Of a DNA stretch of 32,000 nt, positions 17,075-26,378 are shown piece after piece. The stretch comes from Candidatus Hadarchaeota archaeon. Its GTDB lineage: Archaea > Hadarchaeota > Hadarchaeia > Hadarchaeales > Hadarchaeaceae. Numbering within the stretch: position 1 is the stretch's first letter; each line of letters begins with the position of its first letter. Location: positions 150,001 to 182,000 of the forward strand of contig CAZETV010000001.1 of the NCBI GenBank assembly GCA_964514965.1. Direction: 5' to 3'. A program made the position numbers and the translations under genes. A model generated the notes under the pieces. It saw nothing but the letters and a program-made list of their open reading frames with translations. It did not search any database and was not told where the DNA came from.

Positions 17075-18355
17075 CTACCCACCCAGAGATTCTTTCACAC
17101 GCCTGCCTTTCCTCTTTTTGATACTCCCCGTCAGAAGTCTATCGCTCCTGAAAATCCAGACTACAACTGCTATGATAACGGCAGCAAATATCGCCACATA
17201 CGCGATGCCGCTCAGCACCAGCAGGTAGTCTTTAACCATCAGGGCCCTCATCGCCATCATCGGGTGGGAAAATGGTATGGCAAACAGGGCGATTTTAAAA
17301 AAGATTGGAAGGGTGTCGAAGTCCTTGAACATGGTTATGAACATTGGGACCAGAACGAGAAACGTTACCGGTAGTATAAGGGTTTGCGCACTTTTAAAAT
17401 CCTTGGCGAAAGTTCCAAGAAGCATGCATAGAGACAAACCCGCGAGGAGGGCCACGAACACGGATACCCCGATCAAAAAGTAATCCGGCGGTCCAAGCGC
17501 CAGCCCAAAGTTTGCCAAGTTTATTTCTGCGGATTGGAAGGACTGCATGTAGTATCCAAACCCGGTCATGTAAATGGCGGCCATCACCAGCCCGACGATG
17601 GCGCTTCCCGCAATTTTTCCGATTACAATATAATTTCTTTTTACTGGGAGGGTGAGCAAGGTCTCCAAAGTTTTGTTTTCTTTCTCCATCCCCATCGAAG
17701 CGATGACAGTGTTTCCTGTTATCATTAAAATTATCACCATGATGATCGGGAGAACTATTGACTGTGAAGACAGTATACTGCTTATTGTTCCAGGGGCCAA
17801 TCCCTCTATTTCTCTACCCTTGAAAATTGTCGTCTCACTTTTCGTGATTGGATTCACTGCTATGTCAGGGTCAATTGAGCTGCCTTCTTCGATCAGCTTC
17901 TTGGATATCTCCTGCTTTGCAAATTGAATTAACGCATCTAATGTCTGGGAGTGTACAGTGTCCATCACTCCCGCCCCCTTCATTATCCAATGGATGAGTA
18001 TCACCCCCGGTTGGTTTTCGTGAATATTTTTGCTGAAGCCCGGAGGTACCACCAGTAACGCTGCCCCGCCCTCGTTCTCCACCACTTCCAATCCTTCCGA
18101 GATATCGGCGCTGTTGGTGGAGAGGTAAACGACTTTGGCCTGCTCGTTGAGAACTCCGGTGATTATTTCGGAAAGAGGGCTATTATCCGCGTCTATGATG
18201 CCAATGATGGGTTTTTCCTTAGCCTGCTCAGTCACGCCTCCGACCATTTGTCCCATCCCGCCAAAAACGATAGCCATAGCTATCACGGGGATTATGGTGG
18301 CGGGCGTGAGCAGTTCCTTCACTTCTTTCTTTATGATGTTGCCCAAGTCACTCAT
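17075..18355 (-). CDS. ABC transporter permease, NatB-like
   Basis: N-terminal TM, large extracytoplasmic domain, multiple C-terminal TMs, and SMGMEKENKTLETLLTLPVKRNYIVIGKIAGS motif. Its start overlaps the upstream ATPase stop. Confidence 0.85.
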   Translation of the reverse strand: MSDLGNIIKKEVKELLTPATIIPVIAMAIVFGGMGQMVGGVTEQAKEKPIIGIIDADNSPLSEIITGVLNEQAKVVYLSTNSADISEGLEVVENEGGAALLVVPPGFSKNIHENQPGVILIHWIMKGAGVMDTVHSQTLDALIQFAKQEISKKLIEEGSSIDPDIAVNPITKSETTIFKGREIEGLAPGTISSILSSQSIVLPIIMVIILMITGNTVIASMGMEKENKTLETLLTLPVKRNYIVIGKIAGSAIVGLVMAAIYMTGFGYYMQSFQSAEINLANFGLALGPPDYFLIGVSVFVALLAGLSLCMLLGTFAKDFKSAQTLILPVTFLVLVPMFITMFKDFDTLPIFFKIALFAIPFSHPMMAMRALMVKDYLLVLSGIAYVAIFAAVIIAVVVWIFRSDRLLTGSIKKRKGRRVKESLGG

Positions 18356-19077
18356 GAAACAACCCTCATGAAAACTTCCTCGAGGTTTTCCGCCTGATAT
18401 TTGCTTTTCAGCTCGGGGGCGTTTCCTTCCTCGACTATCTTACCCTCGTTTATCAGGGCTATACTCTCGCACAAAAATTCCACCTCGAGCATGTTGTGCG
18501 AGGAGAGCAGAACCGTGGTTTTCTTTTTTGCAAATTTTTTTATTACTTCCCTTATTTCCCGGGCGTTTGCCACATCCAGTCCGGAGGTGGGCTCGTCCAA
18601 GATGGCCAACTTTGGTTTAGTCATCAAGGCCCTTCCCACCAGAAGGCGCCGAATCATGCCCTTGCTGTAAGTGTCCACCTTGTCGTCGATTCTTTCCCCG
18701 AGGTTCGCTATCTCCAGCCCGCGCTCGACGATTTTTTTCTTTTTGCTGCCGCTGCCGAAAAAGTTGGCGATGAAATTCAGATATGCCCGGCCAGTGAGGT
18801 TTTTGTAGGCCCCAGCATCCTCGGGCAGGTAGCTTATCACCCGCCTGACCCGGTCCGCTTCTTCGGAAACATCGTACCCGAAAACCTTCACGGAGCCTGA
18901 ATTTATCTGCAGGAGGGTCGAGACTATCCTTAAAATGGTCGTCTTTCCAGCGCCGTTCGGGCCTATCAACCCAAATATCTCGCCCTCGCTCACTTCGAAG
19001 GACGCGCCGTTGACCGCCTTGATGGGACCGAAGTTCTTAACAAGGCCTTTGACTTCCACTACAAGCGTTCTTGCCAT
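18352..19077 (-). CDS. ABC transporter ATP-binding protein, NatA-like
   Basis: GLIGPNGAGKTTILRI, YSKGMIRRLLVGRALMTKPKLAILDEPTSGLDVANAREI, and SSHNM. The start MARTLVVEVKGLVKNFG at 19077 is more likely than the tracked 19170. Confidence 0.88.
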   Translation of the reverse strand: MARTLVVEVKGLVKNFGPIKAVNGASFEVSEGEIFGLIGPNGAGKTTILRIVSTLLQINSGSVKVFGYDVSEEADRVRRVISYLPEDAGAYKNLTGRAYLNFIANFFGSGSKKKKIVERGLEIANLGERIDDKVDTYSKGMIRRLLVGRALMTKPKLAILDEPTSGLDVANAREIREVIKKFAKKKTTVLLSSHNMLEVEFLCESIALINEGKIVEEGNAPELKSKYQAENLEEVFMRVVS

Positions 19078-19326
19078 CAAAACCCCGTCTGATAATGACT
19101 TTCTTAAAATTATATTTTTTTCGCATAATAAAGTTGCACTTCCGACTGGCAAAGCTCTCCGCTCAGGCACTCAACAACTCGTTCCATGCGCAGGGTCGGG
19201 GTTGATTTTTTTTGAGGTGAACACCCAGCTTCACCATCGAAACTTCAACAAAATTCTAGCATACGAGCACTCAGAACCGCTCGACTTAATAAAAGCCGCG
19301 AAAGAGAGGGGAGTGGAGGCGAGAAA

Positions 19327-20876
19327 TTGAGGAAAAGGAGATGGAAGGGAAAATCTCATCGAAAAAAAAACACAAACATTGTAAAGGTAACGGGTATTAT
19401 TACAATTCTTGTTTTTGTTTCTTTTATTGGATACTTTTTAATTTTTAAAGGTGGGTTGGAATCAGAGAGCTATTATTTATCGATTGATAGTAGGCAACAA
19501 GGGGCTGAGTTGAGTATTTCTGGTGAAACTAACTTACCCAACAATTCTGAACTTGAAATTTCAGTGCCCAATTTGGACGTTTCGGGATCCGTCGTCGTCG
19601 AGAATGGCTATTTTGAATGGGGAATACAGTGCTCGATTAATGCACCGTCGGGTAACATTCAAATCATGATTTTTAGTCCTTTGAAGAACTTTGAAAATAC
19701 CACTATTACTCATTGGGTTCGAGTGAATAACCCACCAACTCCAGATTTCACATATACTAGAGAGGCACATAATGTCAATTTTGTGGATAACTCCTCAGAT
19801 GATGGCACCATTGTAGGTTGGAAGTGGGAATTTGGTACTGGGACTATCTGTAATGAAAAAAACCCTCCAACCTATACATACGACAGCTGCGGTACTTACG
19901 AAGTCAGGCTCACGGTGACTGACAACGGCGGCGCCCAAGCTACATGCGCCAAAACTATTGCGATTCCAGTATCTTATACGTGGACATACGGTGGGATAAG
20001 ATGGCATCAAGAATTTGAAATAGCCGATGAAGTGAAACAATACGAAGCAATGTCTCATGCCGTATATATTATCTACGACATTTCCCCCATCGGCGCTTAC
20101 CTCTCCGAAGATGCTAAAAAATTTGTTACCGCAGAAGACGAGAAGATAGACGCATTTGCAGAGAACCTAAAAGCAAGTTATCTTAGTCAGTATCCTATGA
20201 GCGAGGACGGACTGGCTGATTTTGTGTTGAAATTCGTTCAAGAAGCAATTCCGTATTATGAGTACGGTATAAAAGATAACTCTTATTACTGGCCTTACGC
20301 TTTGGAAGTTCTCGTAGCGGGGAAAGGGAAATGTAGCGAGAAGTCGATACTTTATGCGGCACTTATTGAAGCACTCGGGTATCATGCTAGTTTGGTTGAC
20401 CTGGAAAAGGACGAACATATGATGGTTGGAGTCCGCTTAAGCGAAAGACCTTCGATGGCGTCCGCCGCGGGGTACGTAAACAAAGTTGTTGCATCCTTGA
20501 CAAAAACGGCGTAGAATATTGGCCAGCTGAAACGACTTGCCCAGGATGGAATTTGGGGGAAAGAGATAGCGGATTACACACAGACATATTTAGCATGTAT
20601 ATCCTCCCCATTACCGAATCACCAGTTGCTTCAGCGTCTGCTACCCCCGTGGTCGGAGAAGCCCCCTTAGAGGTGTCGTTTTTTGGCTCTGGAACCGACA
20701 GCGATGGAAATATCATCTCTTATCGTTGGGATTTCGACGATGAATCAACAAGTAACGAACAAAACCCAGTTCATGTTTTTCAAAATGAAGGAAACTATGA
20801 TGTTTGTTTTACTGTTGTCGATGATGATGGAGAAACCGACTTGGAGTGGATTGAAATAATCGTTGGAGTGCAATAG
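19327..20876 (+). pseudogene. Membrane-anchored PKD-domain / transglutaminase-like surface protein, split by a -1 frameshift at an A5 tract (20502-20506)
   Basis: N-terminal TM; PKD domain FVDNSSDDGTIVGWKWEFGTGTICNEKNPPTYTYDSCGTYEVRLTVTDNGG; transglutaminase-like GKGKCSEKSILYAALIEALGYHASLVDLEKDEHMMVGV. The -1 frame continues KNGVEYWPAETTCPGWNLG, then a second PKD domain VASASATPVVGEAPLEVSFFGSGTDSDGNIISYRWDFDDE...YDVCFTVVDDDGE. Confidence 0.8.
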
Positions 20877-21014
20877 AAGATGCCACGCACAGATGAAAGA
20901 GGTGGAGATGAGGTGAATCGTGAGTTTTTCACTAGCGGTTTTACATTTAGGTCATAAATTCTTTCAAAAACTTAAAGCCCGTTGCGGATAATCCCAATTG
21001 CTGGTGGGCGACCG

Positions 21015-22061
21015 ATGGTTTGGGAAAAATTGGTTGATCGATATGGCGAACTCACAGACAAAAGGTTGAACGAGTTTTTCACCAAACTCGTCGAGGAGAA
21101 GCGGTCTTACCACCCGTTTATCGGAGACCTCTACTCCGAAGTGGCCAAATACGTGCTTCGAAAGGGGAAGAGGCTCGCGTCTTGCGGCACCCTCCTGACC
21201 TACAAAGGATACGCGGGCGAAGTGGACGACAAAATCTTGGATGTCTGCGTCGGGGTCGAGTTGTTCAGGCACTCGATTTTAATCCATGATGACATGGTCG
21301 ACCGGGACGGGCTTCGAAGAGGCGACAAAGCATTTCACAAACTATTCTCCAAGGCCTACGACGACAGATTCAGCGAGGGGGCGGCGATCTTCATCGGCAA
21401 TGCGATGTATGCGCTCGGGTTGCAAACCATCCGTAGCGCCAATTTCCCTCAAGAGAAAACTTCGAAAATCCTGCAGCTTTTCGAGAACGACTATCGGGGG
21501 GTAAACGAGAGTCAGGTGCTGGACATGCTGTTCGAATACAAATCTCCCGATGTCGAGGAGTGGCGCACGATGGCCTCGAGGCGGGCGGCCGTACTCTTCA
21601 AGACAACAATCCTCACGGGAGCTATCCTAGGAGGCGCGCCCGAGCAAGACATTCGCCTGTTAGAGGAAGCCGCGGCCCACATCGGCTACGCATTCGACAT
21701 CCAGGACGACATCATAGACACTTTCGCGGGCGAGGAGCAGTACGGGCGGCCTCCGGGCGGGGATCTGAGGCACGGGAAGAAGCCGCTCTACATCGTACAT
21801 ACGATGAAGCTTGCCGGCGAGAAAGAGCTGGGGGCGCTGAAGAAGGTGCTCGGCAAGGAGAGCCTGACGCGGGAGGAGCTCGAGGCCGCGAGGGAGGTAA
21901 TCCGGAAGAGCGGGGGCCTCGGAGCAGCCAAAGATGAGTCAAGGCGGCACGCCAAGGCAGCAAAGGAGCTTATCGCAAGAACCAGCTTGAGCGACGAGAC
22001 CAAGGAATTTCTATCCTCATTCATCACTTACGTCGAGCAAAGCTTGGACTGGTACAAGTAG
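21015..22061 (+). CDS. Polyprenyl diphosphate synthase (GGPP/FPP synthase-like)
   Basis: LRKGKRLASCG, HSILIHDDMVDRDGLRRG (first Asp-rich motif), and GYAFDIQDDIIDTFAGEEQYGRPPGGDLRHGKKPL (second Asp-rich motif). ATG at 21015 preferred over the tracked TTG at 20982. Confidence 0.92.
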   Translation: MVWEKLVDRYGELTDKRLNEFFTKLVEEKRSYHPFIGDLYSEVAKYVLRKGKRLASCGTLLTYKGYAGEVDDKILDVCVGVELFRHSILIHDDMVDRDGLRRGDKAFHKLFSKAYDDRFSEGAAIFIGNAMYALGLQTIRSANFPQEKTSKILQLFENDYRGVNESQVLDMLFEYKSPDVEEWRTMASRRAAVLFKTTILTGAILGGAPEQDIRLLEEAAAHIGYAFDIQDDIIDTFAGEEQYGRPPGGDLRHGKKPLYIVHTMKLAGEKELGALKKVLGKESLTREELEAAREVIRKSGGLGAAKDESRRHAKAAKELIARTSLSDETKEFLSSFITYVEQSLDWYK

Positions 22062-22698
22062 CTACGATCGCGATTCGAGCGAGCGCAAGAATTCGTGCGT
22101 TCGCGTGCCGAGCCCGAGTTTCGATGCTCAGGAGGTCGACTACTCCGTCGATGTCCGTCGAGACGGTTGGTGAGCGATAGATTCTAGGCTTCACCCCTGC
22201 CTGAGAAGCTTCTTTCAAGTGCAGAGGAAAACTCTCCCCGCCGAACCTGAGATTGATGAGGTCGGGCGGTCGTAGGAAGAGGACGTTGGTGCCCTTGACC
22301 TTCGATGGGGCTATCCCGACATCTTTCGGCGCAGGAGCCATCGCGATAATATTTTCAACGTCGGCGCTTTTCAGGAGCGGCAGGTCTGCGGGCAAGATCA
22401 GCACCGAGTCAGCGCCTATGGAAATCGAATGGCGAACCGCAAAATTCAATGCTTCGTTCAGCCCCATGCCCGGCTCAGCGACTCCCTCGGCATTGTGAAG
22501 GCGGGCGAAACTCAGCACCCTCTCGTCAGGCGAGACCACGATGGCACCAGATATCGAGGGCGCTTGATGGACGGCGTTGAGCACGTCCGCGAGCATTGAA
22601 AGCACGAGCCGCTGCCGTTGCTCTGGAGTCAACGCTGAACTCAGGCTCGACTTCGCTTCGTTCAGGCGCTTGACCGGGATGATGGCCCAAGTCGTCAT
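22024..22698 (-). CDS. cofC: 2-phospho-L-lactate guanylyltransferase (F420 biosynthesis)
   Basis: MTTWAIIPVKRLNEAKSSLSSALTPEQRQRLVLSMLADVL, VVSPDERVL, and LPADLPLLKSADVENIIA. Tracked ORF start at 23076 is too long and overlaps cofG. Confidence 0.88.
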   Translation of the reverse strand: MTTWAIIPVKRLNEAKSSLSSALTPEQRQRLVLSMLADVLNAVHQAPSISGAIVVSPDERVLSFARLHNAEGVAEPGMGLNEALNFAVRHSISIGADSVLILPADLPLLKSADVENIIAMAPAPKDVGIAPSKVKGTNVLFLRPPDLINLRFGGESFPLHLKEASQAGVKPRIYRSPTVSTDIDGVVDLLSIETRARHANARILALARIAIVATCTSPSFARRK

Positions 22699-22710
22699 GA
22701 AATCAAACAA

Positions 22711-22718
22711 ATTTATAG
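22711..22718 (+). promoter_or_regulatory. TATA-like box of a compact divergent cofC/cofG promoter
   Basis: atttatag about 30-36 nt upstream of the TTG start of cofG. On the minus strand a CATAAAG-like element (about 22729-22735) lies about 31-37 nt from the cofC start. Confidence 0.4.
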
Positions 22719-22746
22719 TGTAGCACATCTTTATGTTGGTATTCGT

Positions 22747-23766
22747 TTGAGCTCCAGCCCCCAGTTTGGACAGGAAATCAGCTACTCCCGAAACGTTTTC
22801 CTTCCGATCACGAACATGTGCCGCAACCGCTGCGACTACTGCGGCTTCAGGCGTGACCCCAGCGAAGGCGCTTGGTTCATGTCGCCCGATGAAGTTTTTG
22901 AGCTTGTCGGGCGGGCGAAAGCCGAAAGCTGCTCGGAGGCCCTGCTCACGCTCGGCGAACGGCCCGAGGTCCACACCGAGGCAAAGAAAAAGCTCGAGGA
23001 ATTCGGCTACGAGAGCACCGTCGACTACCTCGTGGATCTCTGCAAGCGCATTCTGGAGCTCGGTCTGCTTCCCCACACCAACGCCGGCCTGCTCACGGAG
23101 CGGGAGCTACGCCGCCTGCGACGCTACAACGCCAGCATGGGGCTGATGCTCGAGTGCGCCGTCGAGCTTCCCGTGCATCGGCACAGCCCGGGCAAGGAAC
23201 CGAAGCTCCGCCTCAAAGTCATCGAAACCGCGGGCAAACTCCGAATCCCGTTCACGACCGGGCTGCTCATCGGCGTGGGCGAGAATCCCGAAGACCGAAA
23301 GCGCTCGCTGCTCGCCATCCGGAAGCTGCACGAACGCTACGACCACATCCAGGAGATCATCATCCAGCCCTTCGAGCCTAAACCCAACACACCGATGGCG
23401 GACCACCCGAGGCCGAGCGACGCGGAACTCCTGGACACTGTCGCCGTCGCGCGCAGACTCATGCCCGAGATGAGCATCCAGGTGCCGCCCAACCTGGTGC
23501 GGGATTTGAACCCGTTCCTGTTCGCGGGGGTGAACGACCTGGGAGGCATCTCGTCGGTGACGCCAGATTTCATCAACCCGGAGAGCCCGTGGCCGAGCGT
23601 CGCCGAGTTCAGGGCCGCGGTCGAGGGGGTCGGGTTTGTGCCGAGAGAGAGATTGCCAATCTACCCGCGCTACGTGAGGGACGAGAGGTTCATGTCGAGA
23701 GAGGTGAAGGAGCGCGTTAGAGAGCTTGCTGACGGGGAGGGTTATCGTGGTGAGATTTTACACTAG
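22747..23766 (+). CDS. cofG: 7,8-didemethyl-8-hydroxy-5-deazariboflavin synthase subunit CofG (radical SAM)
   Basis: SRNVFLPITNMCRNRCDYCGFRR (CX3CX2C), EALLTLGERPE, LPHTNAGLL, TTGLLIGVGE, QEIIIQPFEPKP, and GVNDLGGISSVTPDFINPE. Confidence 0.95.
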   Translation: MSSSPQFGQEISYSRNVFLPITNMCRNRCDYCGFRRDPSEGAWFMSPDEVFELVGRAKAESCSEALLTLGERPEVHTEAKKKLEEFGYESTVDYLVDLCKRILELGLLPHTNAGLLTERELRRLRRYNASMGLMLECAVELPVHRHSPGKEPKLRLKVIETAGKLRIPFTTGLLIGVGENPEDRKRSLLAIRKLHERYDHIQEIIIQPFEPKPNTPMADHPRPSDAELLDTVAVARRLMPEMSIQVPPNLVRDLNPFLFAGVNDLGGISSVTPDFINPESPWPSVAEFRAAVEGVGFVPRERLPIYPRYVRDERFMSREVKERVRELADGEGYRGEILH

Positions 23767-23893
23767 ATTTAAAGTCCTCGCGCTCGAGCCGTGTAGCAAG
23801 GTAAGTCTTTCCCATTCATTCCCCCCTCACTTTTATCATAAATGAAAAAGCGTGAAAATTAATTCTACCATCGCACAATTTTCTGAAAAAAAA

Positions 23894-24211
23894 TTACGTC
23901 AAAACTTTCTCTAGTTCTCTCATGAGCCTGACAACCCGGATACCTTTTTCAGTAAGCGAGTATCTAACGCTTCGAAAACGATCGGCCTGTACACTTCTTT
24001 TTAATATTCCTACCTTCGTCAATTCTTGGAGGCGCTGGGATGTGGTTGTTGGGCTCCCTGTCAGCTTCTTGAGTTCGGTAAAATTTACGCCAGTCTTGGA
24101 AGCAGCAAGTTCGTAAAGTATTTTCTTGCTCCCCTTCTTCGCTAGAATTTCTAGACTCAACAGATCCCTATCAAAAAACTGTATGAACCTCATTTTAATA
24201 TCGATGTTCAT
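23894..24211 (-). CDS. Winged-helix transcriptional regulator (HxlR/ArsR-like)
   Basis: LEILAKKGSKKILYELAASKTGVNFTELKKLTGSPTTTSQRLQELTKVGILKR...VRYSLTEKG. Confidence 0.75.
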   Translation of the reverse strand: MNIDIKMRFIQFFDRDLLSLEILAKKGSKKILYELAASKTGVNFTELKKLTGSPTTTSQRLQELTKVGILKRSVQADRFRSVRYSLTEKGIRVVRLMRELEKVLT

Positions 24212-24385
24212 CCAAATAAACTTAAATACAAAAAACTGTACTAGTAACGGGGGTGTGGTGCGGAAAAGCTAAGAATGGAAAAAATTGTGACGAAATCTTA
24301 TCTTGGACTGAACGATTTGAGAAAGAAGTGACACATCAATTCTTAAAAAGTGAAAAATTGACTTCCCAGATTGAACATCAGCACG

Positions 24386-24679
24386 ATGGAGAATGAAGCT
24401 GATAGGATGGGAGTTCTGTTCGTCTCCGTTTTGAAACGGTCGAGAGCGAACGAGAACTCAAAAAATTGGGTAAATCAGGTGAAGGGTATGAGTCTTAGGT
24501 CTGCCCGGTATGCCAGGAGAATCGCGGAACTGCTTCACGGGCCCGTGCGCTGCTCCTACTGCGGCAGGCCTGCGCATACGGTAGCAATAGACTTGGAGAG
24601 CAGGCGGGCCGAGGTACACTGCCAGAAGTGCGGGACGTTCGAGACCCCCTCGCGGGAGTTGAAGCTTTTCCAGCGTTAA
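24386..24679 (+). CDS. Hypothetical protein with a C-terminal zinc ribbon
   Basis: VRCSYCGRPAHTVAIDLESRRAEVHCQKCGTFETP (two CX2C pairs). ATG at 24386 likely; the tracked start is 24371. Confidence 0.6.
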   Translation: MENEADRMGVLFVSVLKRSRANENSKNWVNQVKGMSLRSARYARRIAELLHGPVRCSYCGRPAHTVAIDLESRRAEVHCQKCGTFETPSRELKLFQR

Positions 24680-24780
24680 CCAAGGTTTCCTGACGCAGAC
24701 TGGGGAGGAAGAATTTTGGGTAGCTTTTCGCCCATTCGCACTCCCGCCCTTTTCGATATTGTGTTTTGGCTAAATTCGTT

Positions 24781-25221
24781 TTAAATGCCGAACTGTTGCT
24801 TCAACAGGAGGATGCCCATCACCGCCGTCTCGGAGACTTTGATCACAACCTGCTCGAATTCTGAGTAGTCCAAGCCCTCGATGGATCTCCGCATAACTGT
24901 GAAAATCACACCCTGCTGGTTTATGGAAAAATGAGACTCGCTCGTCTGAAAGTTGTTCCAAAGCAAAAGTTGTTGGTAAACAGGTAGAAGATTGGTCCCA
25001 GGGGGTGGAAGGCGAACACCAGCGCTCAGAATCAAGTCTGCGGGTTTTCCTTCCGGCAGGACTACGCCGACTTCCATGTTTATGCCGCGATAGTTTAGCT
25101 TCGTGTTGGCGATTGATAATTTTTCGGCGACCTGAGGATTCCCCAGCGGCGGTGTACTTTTATCAAATTTCTTCAAGTACTCGTTCACTAAATCAATAGC
25201 TTTCTGAAACTCGGCGGGCAC
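24781..25221 (-). CDS. Hypothetical protein, possibly YbjN/secretion-chaperone-like fold
   Basis: 146-aa soluble ORF with HFSINQQGVIFTVMRRSIEGLDYSEFEQVVIKVSETA. Fold assignment is tentative. Confidence 0.6.
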   Translation of the reverse strand: MPAEFQKAIDLVNEYLKKFDKSTPPLGNPQVAEKLSIANTKLNYRGINMEVGVVLPEGKPADLILSAGVRLPPPGTNLLPVYQQLLLWNNFQTSESHFSINQQGVIFTVMRRSIEGLDYSEFEQVVIKVSETAVMGILLLKQQFGI

Positions 25222-25327
25222 TTGCCTTTTTTAAAAATCCCCATATTCACACCTCAATGAAATTCAAAAATAGAATATAAAAAAGTTCTTCAAGTTGGAG
25301 TTTTCGTTGGTACTTTTTTCTAACAGG

Positions 25328-25732
25328 CTAAGCTTTGTGCCTGTCCCAGAAGAAGCCGATTAAAGACCCCCAGATCAATGCAGATATCAGACTGGATACA
25401 ATTTGGTAAATGTCGATCACTGTTCCTAATAGATACGCGAGCCCTAGCCCTACGACAATCCACCATACGATTCCGAGAGACAGCCCCTTCAAAATGCTTT
25501 TGGCTCCAGGCAGACGGTCGTAAGCGGCTGCATATACCATCCCGAAAATTGATCCGACTATGGCGCCAGCGATAGCGTACCCTATTACAAGCACAAACGC
25601 CCTTTCGGTGACTATTATATAGCCTGGTTCGAGTGTGGCATAAATGTACGCAATACCCAAAATGGAGAATATTATACCGAAGACCACTCCCGCTTTTGCA
25701 CCCGCCGTCATGCCCCTTTTGAACTCGGCCAT
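25328..25732 (-). CDS. Hypothetical membrane protein (about 4 TM segments)
   Basis: Gly/Ile-rich hydrophobic segments in 134 aa; same strand as neighbours at 24781 and 25775. Confidence 0.6.
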   Translation of the reverse strand: MAEFKRGMTAGAKAGVVFGIIFSILGIAYIYATLEPGYIIVTERAFVLVIGYAIAGAIVGSIFGMVYAAAYDRLPGAKSILKGLSLGIVWWIVVGLGLAYLLGTVIDIYQIVSSLISALIWGSLIGFFWDRHKA

Positions 25733-25774
25733 TGTTCACCCCCTTGTAGCTTTTCCGTTTCACATACTGATCGT

Positions 25775-26146
25775 TCACTTCGATTTGATTTTCTGCAAGT
25801 CTTCCTTGAATTCATCCCATCTTTTTTCCACGTCGCCCCCGCTTTTCTTCACGAGGGTCTTACGGACTTTTTTCCCATCCGGCCTCAAACCCGTTATAGT
25901 TATGTTAACTTCATTTCCTCTAAATTTGCGCGTGCTCACATCAGTTATTTTTTGAATTGTGATTGGCCGGTGCCCGCGATTGAGGATGACGCCGCCCTTG
26001 CTGAAAACGATTTCCCGTATGGCAAGGCGCGGGTACAGTATGGCGGGGTACATGAAGGAGATTATGGCGAGCACGGGGAGTATTATCGTGAAAATGTCCA
26101 TCACCAATGTTGTGTACAAGGGAGCGGGGCCCATCGCCTCCCGCAT
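25775..26146 (-). CDS. Hypothetical membrane-anchored protein with a PH-like cytoplasmic region
   Basis: N-terminal TM segments, then LAIREIVFSKGGVILNRGHRPITIQKITDVSTRKFRGNEVNITITGL. The PH-like call is tentative. Confidence 0.55.
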   Translation of the reverse strand: MREAMGPAPLYTTLVMDIFTIILPVLAIISFMYPAILYPRLAIREIVFSKGGVILNRGHRPITIQKITDVSTRKFRGNEVNITITGLRPDGKKVRKTLVKKSGGDVEKRWDEFKEDLQKIKSK

Positions 26147-26378
26147 TACAAAGAAGATCAGAAATAAAAACAGGAGCGCAATCCCTAGGGATATGAATGC
26201 GAACGGTTTCCTCTGTTGATAATGATAAACCTTTTCCAGCGAATCACCTTCCGTTAAAACTTTTACCCACTATTTAAAACGTTTTGCCTACTCCGATTAA
26301 AGCAACAATTTTTCGAGCGCATAGCGGAAACATTTTTTTCCTTTTATAAACATCAGGCCCCAATAAGAGGGGTGGAGG

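Noticed and set aside
18496-19330. + strand ORFs antisense to the NatA-like ATPase gene
   Set aside because: They overlap clear ABC ATPase motifs on the minus strand; only the last 37 codons of the 18935-19330 frame, lying in intergenic sequence, were kept as a weak finding.
22699-23076. N-terminal extension of the tracked cofC ORF
   Set aside because: It overlaps cofG and does not resemble CofC. The family N-terminus MTTWAIIPVKRLNEAKSSL begins at 22698.
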